Source: Escherichia phage Shashou
DNA: 44,155 nucleotides
Sequence record: MK931440.1
Strand: one strand, 5' to 3'
The notes beneath the pieces are model-generated. The model was not told where the DNA came from. It did no database searches and was given only the letters and a program-made list of their open reading frames with translations. The position numbers and the translations under genes are program-made. Each line of letters begins with the position of its first letter. Within the stretch, counting starts at the first letter, position 1. Positions 8,780 to 17,507 of this stretch are shown here, piece by piece.

Positions 8780-9292
8780 ATGCCGCTAATCGTGGAAGAC
8801 GGGTCAATAGTCCCGAATGCTGACAGTTACGTTAGCCTGGCCGACGCCCGCGCGTTAGCGGCTAATTATGGTCTTGAGCTACCAGCTGACGATACCACCG
8901 CAGAGGTGGCCCTGCGAAATGGTGCTACGTACGTCGGCCTGTCCGAACCGCAGATGTGTGGTCGCCGTGTGTCCGCCGAGCAGTCGCTGACATACCCGCG
9001 CACCGGGGTAACGCTGAACGGCTTCCCTGTGGCTAACAATGTAATTCCTAAGCAGGTAATTCTTGCACAGGTAATCGCCGCAGTAACATATGGCGCAGGT
9101 ACAGAGGTGAGGGCTAACTCCGACGGACGTTCAGTACAGACTGAGCGCGTAGAGGGTGCAGTAACCGTCACCTACTTCAACAACGGTAGTTCTGGCGCTA
9201 CTACGTCAATCACCGCAGCAGACGACGCCTTGCGCCCGCTTCTTTGCGGCGGCCTTAACAATGGCTTCTCATTTAACGTGTACCGGGGTTAA
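8780..9292 (+). CDS. head-tail connector protein (gp6-like, putative)
   Basis: Position after capsid genes; N-terminal SLADARALAANYGLELPADD resembles gp6-like connector N-termini. Confidence 0.45.
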   Translation: MPLIVEDGSIVPNADSYVSLADARALAANYGLELPADDTTAEVALRNGATYVGLSEPQMCGRRVSAEQSLTYPRTGVTLNGFPVANNVIPKQVILAQVIAAVTYGAGTEVRANSDGRSVQTERVEGAVTVTYFNNGSSGATTSITAADDALRPLLCGGLNNGFSFNVYRG

Positions 9293-9294
9293 AA

Positions 9295-9909
9295 ATGGCG
9301 AAGACTAAAACAGAGATATTTACGCTAATCGGGTCTGAATTACCGGATAACACAACCGGGCTAATCACCCCAGCTAAGTTACGCGGGGTGCTAACCCAAA
9401 TGGCTGACTCGCCGATTTATGTCACACCCGGCGTGAAAGAGGTTGAGGTGCTACGTGCCGCATCGACCATAGCACAAGCGCCAACCGCAGTAGATACCGC
9501 ATTGCAGTTAACTTTCGGCTCTGCTCAGGGAAGCGCATCCGACCCCGTGATGATTAACACGGCAGGTTTGGTTACGTTCAACACCGCAGGTAACTACGCC
9601 GTTCGCATCAAGTTACAGGCGGGGCGCACGGGTGCTAGCGGTACATCAATCCTGTTATCGCGTATTCTTCCGAACGGCTCTCAGTACGGCTCGCCAGCTG
9701 CCACGAAACTGGTAAGCGCGGACGTGACCATCCCGATTGAATCCCGCGTCGTTATTAACCCAACCGCGGGCCAGACTTTTGCCGTTCAGATTATGCGGGA
9801 TAGCGCCGGGAGTAACTTCGGTGGCGTATACCCTCAAGCGGCTACCGTAACTGCATGGGGTACCGCACCGTCCGCGCTACTGGTTATCTCGAGACTGGAG
9901 GCTGCGTAA
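9295..9909 (+). CDS. hypothetical structural protein
   Basis: Tightly packed ORF in head-tail joining region. Confidence 0.5.
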   Translation: MAKTKTEIFTLIGSELPDNTTGLITPAKLRGVLTQMADSPIYVTPGVKEVEVLRAASTIAQAPTAVDTALQLTFGSAQGSASDPVMINTAGLVTFNTAGNYAVRIKLQAGRTGASGTSILLSRILPNGSQYGSPAATKLVSADVTIPIESRVVINPTAGQTFAVQIMRDSAGSNFGGVYPQAATVTAWGTAPSALLVISRLEAA

Positions 9910-10268
9910 TGGGTACAGCTTTCAGTAAACGTATGCAAGGCGTGGGCACACGCCTGCTAACCAAATTTGGTAGCACGGTGTCTCTGGTTCGCTCTGGCTC
10001 GAAAGTGTGGGACGAAGTTCTCGGCGAGTACGTCTGGTCTGACGATGAAGTGTTGCCGTTGAAGGCTGTTCCGGTTCCGGTTAACGCAGGACTGGTAAAC
10101 GGTACGACGATTCGGGCTGGCGACATGATTGTTAAAGCCGATTACAGCGTCGTTCCGAAGATGGAAGACAAGGTGCAATTCGGCGGTGAGCAGTGGTCGG
10201 TAGTAGCCATCGAGAAGAAGATGGTTAACAATGATGTCGTGGCCTACTTTATTCAGGTGAGAAAATGA
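9909..10268 (+). CDS. head-tail joining / head closure protein (putative)
   Basis: Start at Met19 of track ORF overlapping previous stop (TAATG); synteny. Confidence 0.45.
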   Translation: MGTAFSKRMQGVGTRLLTKFGSTVSLVRSGSKVWDEVLGEYVWSDDEVLPLKAVPVPVNAGLVNGTTIRAGDMIVKADYSVVPKMEDKVQFGGEQWSVVAIEKKMVNNDVVAYFIQVRK

Positions 10269-10660
10269 GTTTCGCGCTTGATGTCTCTAAGTTCGTTGAG
10301 AAGGCGAAGAAGAACCCTGAAACGGTTATGCGTCAGGTGTCTATCAAGCTGTTTTCCGCTATTATAAAGGTGAGTCCGGTAGACAAAGGGCGTTTTCGTA
10401 TGAACTGGATGGCGTCGGGAGGAACCCCCGCTTCCGGAACTACAGACGCTACCGACAAGTCTGGTAACATCGCAATAGGAAACGCCACTAGTTTTGTGCT
10501 GAAAGCCGCAGACTGGTACGAGTTTACGCTGACTAATAACCTGCCGTATGCGCAACGGCTGGAGTACGGTTGGTCGCAACAGGCCCCGCAAGGTATGGTC
10601 AGGACTAACGTGTCACGTTTCCAGCAACTAATTAATGAAGAAGCCAATAAGGTAAAATGA
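10265..10660 (+). CDS. tail completion protein (HK97 gp10-like, putative)
   Basis: ATGA overlap with upstream gene; KGRFRMNW motif region; synteny. Confidence 0.5.
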   Translation: MSFALDVSKFVEKAKKNPETVMRQVSIKLFSAIIKVSPVDKGRFRMNWMASGGTPASGTTDATDKSGNIAIGNATSFVLKAADWYEFTLTNNLPYAQRLEYGWSQQAPQGMVRTNVSRFQQLINEEANKVK

Positions 10661-11073
10661 TGGGCTACTTTGAAGACTTAACCAAAGCGTTCGACGTGCC
10701 GCTGGTAGCCTTCGGAAACACCAACGGCATCAAGATAGCGCTTGAGAACATCGACGCTCCGACGTCAACCGATACGCCATACCTTGCGAGTTACATGCTA
10801 CTGGCGGATACCGAGCAGGCCGACTTATTTTTCACAGAGCAACGCGCCGGTGTTTATCAGGTGGACATTAACTACGCATCGGTGAAAGGTAGCGCGCCAA
10901 TCAATAAAATGGCAGACTTACTTAACACGACATTCAAAGCAGGTAAGTCTTTTTCACGTAACGACATCTGCGCCGAAGTGCAATCGGTTAGCCTGGGGCC
11001 GCTGATTGTAGAAAATGGATGGGCTAAAAGACCATTGTCGATTAACTTTATTGCATTCACCAAGAGGCTGTGA
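10657..11073 (+). CDS. tail terminator protein (putative)
   Basis: Immediately upstream of major tail protein; ATGA coupling. Confidence 0.45.
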   Translation: MMGYFEDLTKAFDVPLVAFGNTNGIKIALENIDAPTSTDTPYLASYMLLADTEQADLFFTEQRAGVYQVDINYASVKGSAPINKMADLLNTTFKAGKSFSRNDICAEVQSVSLGPLIVENGWAKRPLSINFIAFTKRL

Positions 11074-11075
11074 AT

Positions 11076-12242
11076 ATGGCTACAACTCCTTTTAAGGGCG
11101 CGAATACCGCGCAATTCTATGTGGCGGAAACTACCCCGGGCGTGACACCGACTTCCCCGGTATGGTCGCCGTTGCGTAATACTGGCGGCGTTCCCGCGAT
11201 TACCCGCGACACTTTGACCTCCAACGAACTGGACGGCAGCCGCGAAACTACGTCAATTCGCACTGGTAACAAACAGGTTAGCGGTGAATACGCCATCGAG
11301 CTTAGCTCTAAAAGTCAGGATGACTGGCTGGCAGGTGCTTTAGGCTCTACGTGGCAATCAGGTGTATCCTTAACTGACCTGTCAATTACCGTCGCACCGG
11401 CAGGCAAGACGTTCACCCGTGCTGATGGTAGCTTTATTAAAGACGGCGTTGAAGTAGGCGACCTGATTGCGTTTACCAACTTAACGGGAGATAACGCAAA
11501 ACCGTTCATCGTCACTGCGGTAGAGGCACTGGTAGTGACCGGTGCGGGCATCCAGCACACTCTCACCACAGAGACCGCTACTACTGCTGCTAAGACCGGC
11601 GACAAACTGGAAACCGGTAGCCAGTGTAAGACGTTCTCTATTCTCACATGGTACAAAGGCCAGTGCGGCGGGACTGACGCGTACACGCTTACCAAAGGTG
11701 TAGAAGTTTCTGGTTTCACTGTTGAGCAGGCCGTTAACGCGATGGTAACGGGCAGCTTCCCGTTCATCGGGCGCAGCCAGGAGATTCTCACCGAGCTGCC
11801 GTCTGGTTCTGATTTCTCCTCTGTTACGTTTGGTGATGAGCCGTTCTCCTCAGTTGACGTTTCTGTGTTCGATGGCTCTACGCCGTTGCGTTGTGATAGC
11901 TTTACCATCACCAACGACAACAGCGCGTCCGCGCAGTTCGAACTCGGCAACACTAACGTTGCGTTTGTGGAACGTAGCCGCGCGGCCAACACCTTCTCCA
12001 TCTCCGGTAAGCTGTACGACATGGTGATGATTCAGAAGTTTATCAACGAACAGCAGGTAGAGATTAACTCTATTCTGGCGGGGGTAAACGGGGCTATGTC
12101 TTTCAGTCTGAAACGTGCAGAACTCACGGCGGTTACGCCAGAGATTGGTGGTCCTGAGTCAATCACTCAGAGCATAGAAGGACAGTCCACAGGCAATCAA
12201 TATCAATCTTCTATTGTAATACAGCGCATTAGCTACGCGTAA
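11076..12242 (+). CDS. major tail protein
   Basis: ATG at 11076 with RBS aagagg (track ORF opens at GTG 11070); T/S/G-rich 389-aa protein followed by strong bidirectional terminator. Confidence 0.7.
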   Translation: MATTPFKGANTAQFYVAETTPGVTPTSPVWSPLRNTGGVPAITRDTLTSNELDGSRETTSIRTGNKQVSGEYAIELSSKSQDDWLAGALGSTWQSGVSLTDLSITVAPAGKTFTRADGSFIKDGVEVGDLIAFTNLTGDNAKPFIVTAVEALVVTGAGIQHTLTTETATTAAKTGDKLETGSQCKTFSILTWYKGQCGGTDAYTLTKGVEVSGFTVEQAVNAMVTGSFPFIGRSQEILTELPSGSDFSSVTFGDEPFSSVDVSVFDGSTPLRCDSFTITNDNSASAQFELGNTNVAFVERSRAANTFSISGKLYDMVMIQKFINEQQVEINSILAGVNGAMSFSLKRAELTAVTPEIGGPESITQSIEGQSTGNQYQSSIVIQRISYA

Positions 12243-12244
12243 GG

Positions 12245-12270
12245 AAAAGGCCCCGAAAGGGGCCTTTTCC
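12245..12270. terminator. bidirectional intrinsic terminator between major tail gene and leftward accessory operon
   Basis: aaaaggcccc-gaaa-ggggcctttt, perfect stem with A-run and T-run. Confidence 0.7.
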
Positions 12271-12429
12271 TTATTCCTTCAATTGCATTGGGTAGAAGTT
12301 AACGAGTTCTCCTTTATCCCGAAGCCGTGAATATTCATCTAACGCATCTTGCTGGCTACTCACTGCATAGATATCGTTCCACTCGTCCCATTCTTTGTCG
12401 TATACGCGGATTACATATATTGTTTTCAT
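12271..12429 (-). CDS. small hypothetical protein (52 aa), last gene of leftward accessory operon
   Basis: ATG a few nt downstream of the stop of 12437..12667; ends just before bidirectional terminator; not in ORF track. Confidence 0.35.
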   Translation of the reverse strand: MKTIYVIRVYDKEWDEWNDIYAVSSQQDALDEYSRLRDKGELVNFYPMQLKE

Positions 12430-12436
12430 AATATTT

Positions 12437-12667
12437 TCACACATCAATGTTACTCCTGTACTCCCGTAACTTCTCCAGGCTTTCGATTGCCTCAGCTAAG
12501 TCTGTCCAGGCGTCCTTGTGACCACGTAAACCCATACACAATAGCTTCTTCAATGCGTGCTGTAACGCCGGGTCGCGTATGTCGAAGGCGCGTAGCACGT
12601 CGTAAACGTCTACAGTCATAGTGCTGCCGTAGGTGTTTGTCATTGTGCGGTTGTATTTATTTGTCAC
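12437..12667 (-). CDS. hypothetical protein
   Basis: 76-aa ORF overlapping upstream gene; part of leftward operon. Confidence 0.5.
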   Translation of the reverse strand: MTNKYNRTMTNTYGSTMTVDVYDVLRAFDIRDPALQHALKKLLCMGLRGHKDAWTDLAEAIESLEKLREYRSNIDV

Positions 12668-12857
12668 TGTTAACTCTCTTAAATCTGGCTATGCCTGACT
12701 CGTTAATGTTGCCTATTTCAAAGAAGCTGCGATATTTAGGCGAATACATTCTTACATCGCCATTCTCTAGGGTGACTCCTTCGTACACCGCACCTACTTC
12801 GAACCCATTTTTCTCTGCATACGGACTTACCTCGGTGCATTCATACATGTCTTTCAT
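12657..12857 (-). CDS. hypothetical protein
   Basis: 66-aa ORF with ATGA overlap to phosphoesterase gene stop. Confidence 0.5.
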   Translation of the reverse strand: MKDMYECTEVSPYAEKNGFEVGAVYEGVTLENGDVRMYSPKYRSFFEIGNINESGIARFKRVNSDK

Positions 12858-13984
12858 CCCAGCATCTCCGGTGAAATAGTTAAACGTGCGACCTCGCCGT
12901 ATTCGGCGCTATAAGTAATTACATTTGCACTGCGGCCTGACATCCACCCGCCGCGGGAGGCGTAGGCATCTTTAGCCGCCAGGGTGCGGTGTTGTTCAAC
13001 AATCATGTTACGGCTTTCTACAATCTTTTGGTGGTGCAGGTGACCTACGTGGGCGTAGCTGTAAACACTCTCGCCGAACGCTTTGCGGAACTTGGCAATC
13101 ATAACCGGTTCGATAATGTCGAATCGCGCCTTATGCCCGTGATGAAAGAACAGCGTCGTTTTGCCGTGTTGCACCATCTTGTAAACATCCGGCGACGTGT
13201 CGACAATCACTCGGCTGTCGTTTGAGTATAAAGTCGCGAACATTTCCGCCAGCCATACGGACCCTACAGGATCGTGATTTCCTTGCACGATAAGCAAGCG
13301 AACGGTTTTATGTTTAACCAGCGCCATATCTACAACACGGCGGACCATACGAATCATGTAGCGGACAAGTTTCTGGTAGCGAGTGTCCGCGTCCAGCACA
13401 TGACGTGACTCAGGTGTAACGGCGTCCAGACTATCGAAGTGTACGAAGTCTCCTAGCAGATTAATAACCCCTGTTCCTGCATCCGGTGCTTTCTGAAACG
13501 CCGCATCGAACCATCGAGAGAACAGGTCTTCCGCAATCTTCATATCCCAGTCGTCGCCGCTCTCGTCGGCCCATGCCAGCATACCAAGATGAAAATCAGA
13601 CACGGTGTAAAGATTGAGTAGCTTGTCGTCGCGTTTGGCTCGAGTCGCTTTAACAGGAGCAACGGGCGTAATCTCTGACTTCATGCCTTCGATCACGGCT
13701 TTCATCAATTCAACCTGACGTTCGGCATCGGTGTCGGTCTTAACCCATTGCAACTTAGTGTTGCCGAACTCATCCACAAGTGACGACGTTCCTTTAATCT
13801 TGTAGCCGTCCGGCACAAGGTGGCTAACGTCGCGCCCGTGACCTACGCCTTTCTTCGCCAGCTTCGCTTTACGGATACGGATAACGCGGTCTGAGATTCC
13901 ATACTTACGTGCGATATCAATAATTTTTGTTCCGGCGTTCAATTCTTCCCGTAACTGTTCGTCGGTTATTTTCTTATGAGCCAT
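12854..13984 (-). CDS. HTH domain fused to calcineurin-like metallophosphoesterase
   Basis: N-terminal HTH-like KIIDIARKYGISDRVIRIRKAKL; ordered MPP motifs SDFHLG, GDFVHFD, GNHD, HHGH, GHLHH. Confidence 0.7.
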   Translation of the reverse strand: MAHKKITDEQLREELNAGTKIIDIARKYGISDRVIRIRKAKLAKKGVGHGRDVSHLVPDGYKIKGTSSLVDEFGNTKLQWVKTDTDAERQVELMKAVIEGMKSEITPVAPVKATRAKRDDKLLNLYTVSDFHLGMLAWADESGDDWDMKIAEDLFSRWFDAAFQKAPDAGTGVINLLGDFVHFDSLDAVTPESRHVLDADTRYQKLVRYMIRMVRRVVDMALVKHKTVRLLIVQGNHDPVGSVWLAEMFATLYSNDSRVIVDTSPDVYKMVQHGKTTLFFHHGHKARFDIIEPVMIAKFRKAFGESVYSYAHVGHLHHQKIVESRNMIVEQHRTLAAKDAYASRGGWMSGRSANVITYSAEYGEVARLTISPEMLG

Positions 13985-14023
13985 GCTTTACTTCCTCGTG
14001 TTTAGGATTTGTCCTATACTAGC

Positions 14024-14215
14024 TCACTTCTCTTTGACATTCGAGTTGCACGCCCAGATTAAAATAAATACCCACGGCAGCAGAACCCAACCGAGAAACA
14101 GATTAGCCATGAATATCGCTAATTTAGCTTTATGGTTGCGCATATGCGCCACGAGAAATGGGATAAAATAAACTAAAACGATAACGATTAAGAAGAACAT
14201 AGTAATACCTGTCAT
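14024..14215 (-). CDS. superinfection-immunity-like small membrane protein
   Basis: Start at Met47 of track ORF with AGGAG RBS; 63 aa with two hydrophobic segments flanking HMRNHKAK; resembles Imm-type small membrane proteins. Confidence 0.55.
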   Translation of the reverse strand: MTGITMFFLIVIVLVYFIPFLVAHMRNHKAKLAIFMANLFLGWVLLPWVFILIWACNSNVKEK

Positions 14216-14256
14216 GGTGTAGCTCCTGTTCGAGTTAACATTGTTGGTGTAAGTGA

Positions 14257-14285
14257 ATAGTATCCTATTATGTTGGGGTGCGCAA
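14257..14285 (-). promoter_or_regulatory. promoter TTGCGC-N17-TACTAT (minus strand) with palindrome AATAG-tatc-CTATT
   Basis: Palindrome at 14256..14269; region is reverse-complement homologous to 37799..37835; drives Imm-like/phosphoesterase operon. Confidence 0.5.
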
Positions 14286-14393
14286 GTAATGTGATAGAAT
14301 AATTTTGCGCCTAGTGTCGCACACGAAAAGCGGGTGGTTCCCGTCTGGCGCATTTACCATTAACCTGTAACCTCTTAACCAAAGGATTAAAGA

Positions 14394-14810
14394 ATGAAAC
14401 TTTCTGATTTTTATTACGAAGCTGAGGCAGAAAAAGGCGCCCGTATGCCGATACCACTGAAAGACGGCACCGATTCAGGGGAGTGGCTGAACGTTGTTTC
14501 ACCGGAGGCAGACGTTGCTGTTAAAGCTATGAGGGCGTTTACACTTGCGTACCGCGCGGCATTAGGTAAATTGAAACCGCTTCGCGATAAATGCGAGGAA
14601 CTGAAAGATTTCTCGGAATACAACATCAAGATGGAAGACGCCGCAACGGACCTTAACCGCCAGTTAGCGCTTGAACTGGTTAACGGTTGGAGTCTCGACG
14701 ATGAATTTAATAAAGAGAACCTGAATACTCTTTTCTCACAATATAAACGACTCGCTGAACACGTTGTTGTTTTCCACAATGAACAGCTTCACCAATTGCA
14801 GGAAAAGTAG
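14394..14810 (+). CDS. tail assembly chaperone
   Basis: Acidic 138-aa protein immediately upstream of tape measure gene; synteny. Confidence 0.55.
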   Translation: MKLSDFYYEAEAEKGARMPIPLKDGTDSGEWLNVVSPEADVAVKAMRAFTLAYRAALGKLKPLRDKCEELKDFSEYNIKMEDAATDLNRQLALELVNGWSLDDEFNKENLNTLFSQYKRLAEHVVVFHNEQLHQLQEK

Positions 14811-14815
14811 ACGCG

Positions 14816-15175
14816 TTGCTCCAGTTTGCCCGTTGGAACTTCATAACCCGCCACAAACGGCGGGAGTTTGACAGTATCGCCGACGGGCATAAAGCCGCGC
14901 TAATTGCTATGGGGGTTATGCAAGACGCGCCGGAAGCAACGCAGGACACAGGGCCGGAATGCCCCCCTGAGCTATTAACCACCTTCGAGAAGTACAGGGA
15001 AATCAAATTCACCCGCCGAGTGGACGATGATGGCATCAAGATGTACCCGCGCGAACAGTTAAGATGGTCGGATTTAGTGGCATACAGCACCGTTTCAGGC
15101 CAGAATATAGGCATGTTCGAATCTGACATCATCATGAGCTTAGACGCTATTTTCGAGGGTAGAAACGATGGCTGA
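14816..15175 (+). CDS. tail assembly chaperone extension (putative -1 frameshift product)
   Basis: Frame is -1 relative to 14394..14810 and opens at 14783, upstream of the chaperone stop; overlaps tape measure start; no classical slippery heptamer identified. Confidence 0.35.
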   Translation: MLQFARWNFITRHKRREFDSIADGHKAALIAMGVMQDAPEATQDTGPECPPELLTTFEKYREIKFTRRVDDDGIKMYPREQLRWSDLVAYSTVSGQNIGMFESDIIMSLDAIFEGRNDG

Positions 15176-17504
15176 TGTAGCTAGTTTAGTTGTAAAAGTA
15201 TCAGAGCAAGGCGCGAAAGCTACATCAGACCGTCTTGATAACCTTTCCAAGTCTGCAAAGGTAGCCGGAGCTGCGGTAGCGGGCCTCGCTTCCATCGTCG
15301 CCGCTACCGCGTACAAGGCCGCACAGGAACTGGTAGACTCCCAACGGCAACTGGACAAGATGTCCGCCAGCCTGAAAACACTAACCGGAAGCACGCAGGG
15401 TGCAAGACAGGCGTTAAGCATCCTGCAAGACTTCGCGCGCGACACCCCGTATGGTCTTGAACAGGCGGTAGAGGGATTCCGTAAACTGGTGGCTCTCGGC
15501 CTTACACCGTCAGAAGAAGCGTTGCGCTCCTATGGCAACACTGCCGCTGCTATGGGTAAAGACCTTAATCAGATGATTGAGGCCGTTGCGGACGCCAGTA
15601 CATTTGAATTTGAGCGCCTTAAAGAATTCGGCATCAAGGCCAAGCAAAACAAAGACGATGTTGAATTTACATTCCAGGGCACCACTACGGTAGTTAAGAA
15701 GAGCGCTGCCGACATCGAGCAATACCTGCTCAACATTGGTAACGTAAACTTCGCGGGGGCTATGGCGGACCAGGCCAACACACTTAACGGCGCCATCGCC
15801 AGTGCCAGCGACTCATGGTCGCAGTTAAAAATGACACTGGCTACCAGCCTTGATGTTGGTGCTCTTGCGGAGCCTATCCGGTACATCGATGATTTAATCC
15901 AGGAACTTAACGCACAGGTAGCATCCGGCGAACTCGCTGCTGAGATGCGTATGTGGGGCGACATCGCGTCAGAAGTGGGAAGCGCGATAGAGATGTCGTT
16001 CGACGCGGCATTTGGTTTCGTAGGCGACGCAATAAACGGGCTGAATGAACTTTGGGACTTTAGCAGTAAAAGTATCACCGATAGCGGTGAACAAACGGCG
16101 ACAACCATCGCGGAATCAGCCGCCGATGCGCTCGATTTCATTGCGGAAGAATTTACCGCGATGGAGCGATTCTTTGAAGATATGGTTAAAGGGGCACAGG
16201 ACGCTGGCCGGTTGGTGAAAGCTGCCTTCACACCAGGGGAATCTGTAGACGTAGCAAAAAACATTAACTTCCAGTTAGGGATGGCACTGGATACTCAGCG
16301 CGATGTTGCGGACCTGACCCGTAAAAGTTTCCGCGAACAGGTGGAGGCTCAGCAAAATATTGTCGCGCTTAAACGCGCGGCATATGACATCGACAAAGAA
16401 GCCGCTAAGGGAGAAGGTCTTAGTAAATTTAAGGTAACTGGTACTGGTGGCGGATCCGAAGATGATAGCGCAGGTGCAAAAGCCGCTAAGAAAGCCGCAG
16501 ATGCGTTCGAGCGCCAGAAGAAAGCCGCTGAGGATTTCTACTACCAGTCGATTCATCTCAATGATGACGTATTCCAGAAAATAGAAGCCAACCAGGAACA
16601 GCAGCTAACCAAGCTACAGGAGTTTTACGGCAATCAGCTTCTTAGCGACCAGCAATACGAGAACGCTAAAACTCAGATTATGCTGGAGGCGGACACTGCA
16701 CGTCAGGAAGAACTCGCCAAGCGAGAGAAAGAACGGCAGGAAAAGAACCAGAAAGGCGAGGACTTCATGGCTCAGATTATGGGTCAGAATGCCGCAGAGC
16801 TTGAGCTTTTGGAGATTCAGGAACAACAAAAACTTGACGTTGCAGACCGATATCGCGAACAGAACCTTATTAACGAGGAGCAGTACCAGGCTGCGGTTAA
16901 TGCTATAAACGACCAGTATGCTTTGAAACGTGCCAACGCTACCGGTAACGCTTTCGGAATGATGGCGGATAACATGAAGGCCTCACTAGGGGAGGCGTCT
17001 GCCGCATACAAAGCGTTTGCCATTGCGCAGGCCACCATCGCCACATACACATCCGCCATCGAGGCTTATAAATCTGCATCGGCTATCCCTATTGTTGGAT
17101 GGGTGCTCGGGCCTGTAGCAGCAGCTACAGCGGTAGCGGCAGGTCTCGCTAACATCAGCAAGATTCGTTCGGCCCGTGAGCAGGGCGGTAACTTAGCCGC
17201 AGGTCAGTTATCTACTATCGCGGAACGTAACAAGCCAGAAGTTATTATGCCTGCAGGGGCGTCACGCGTACGTACCGCGGAACAGATGCGCCAGATTATG
17301 GGCGAGAACGGCAACAAGTCAGGCGGTGACAGCGTGACAATCGTCAACAACACCACCGGACGAGTTGATTCCGCCGTTACAGAGCGTGACGACGAAGGGC
17401 GGTTACGTGTTATCATCAGTGAAACAGTATCGGCGGCGTTACAAGACAGCAACAGTGCAATCTCCAAGTCCCGCCGGGCTACACGAAACCAGCCGGGGTA
17501 TTAA
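15168..17504 (+). CDS. tail tape measure protein
   Basis: 778-aa Ala/Gln/Glu-rich helical protein with C-terminal hydrophobic and Gly-rich region; canonical position. Confidence 0.85.
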   Translation: MADVASLVVKVSEQGAKATSDRLDNLSKSAKVAGAAVAGLASIVAATAYKAAQELVDSQRQLDKMSASLKTLTGSTQGARQALSILQDFARDTPYGLEQAVEGFRKLVALGLTPSEEALRSYGNTAAAMGKDLNQMIEAVADASTFEFERLKEFGIKAKQNKDDVEFTFQGTTTVVKKSAADIEQYLLNIGNVNFAGAMADQANTLNGAIASASDSWSQLKMTLATSLDVGALAEPIRYIDDLIQELNAQVASGELAAEMRMWGDIASEVGSAIEMSFDAAFGFVGDAINGLNELWDFSSKSITDSGEQTATTIAESAADALDFIAEEFTAMERFFEDMVKGAQDAGRLVKAAFTPGESVDVAKNINFQLGMALDTQRDVADLTRKSFREQVEAQQNIVALKRAAYDIDKEAAKGEGLSKFKVTGTGGGSEDDSAGAKAAKKAADAFERQKKAAEDFYYQSIHLNDDVFQKIEANQEQQLTKLQEFYGNQLLSDQQYENAKTQIMLEADTARQEELAKREKERQEKNQKGEDFMAQIMGQNAAELELLEIQEQQKLDVADRYREQNLINEEQYQAAVNAINDQYALKRANATGNAFGMMADNMKASLGEASAAYKAFAIAQATIATYTSAIEAYKSASAIPIVGWVLGPVAAATAVAAGLANISKIRSAREQGGNLAAGQLSTIAERNKPEVIMPAGASRVRTAEQMRQIMGENGNKSGGDSVTIVNNTTGRVDSAVTERDDEGRLRVIISETVSAALQDSNSAISKSRRATRNQPGY

Positions 17505-17507
17505 CCA

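Noticed and set aside
11315-12022. 235-aa minus-strand ORF inside major tail gene
   Set aside because: Antisense shadow of a well-supported structural gene.
13983-14171. 62-aa plus-strand ORF overlapping the Imm-like gene region
   Set aside because: Antisense to the better-supported membrane protein gene, which has a clear RBS.
15569-16264. 231-aa minus-strand ORF inside tape measure gene
   Set aside because: Ser/Ala-rich antisense shadow of the tape measure coding sequence.
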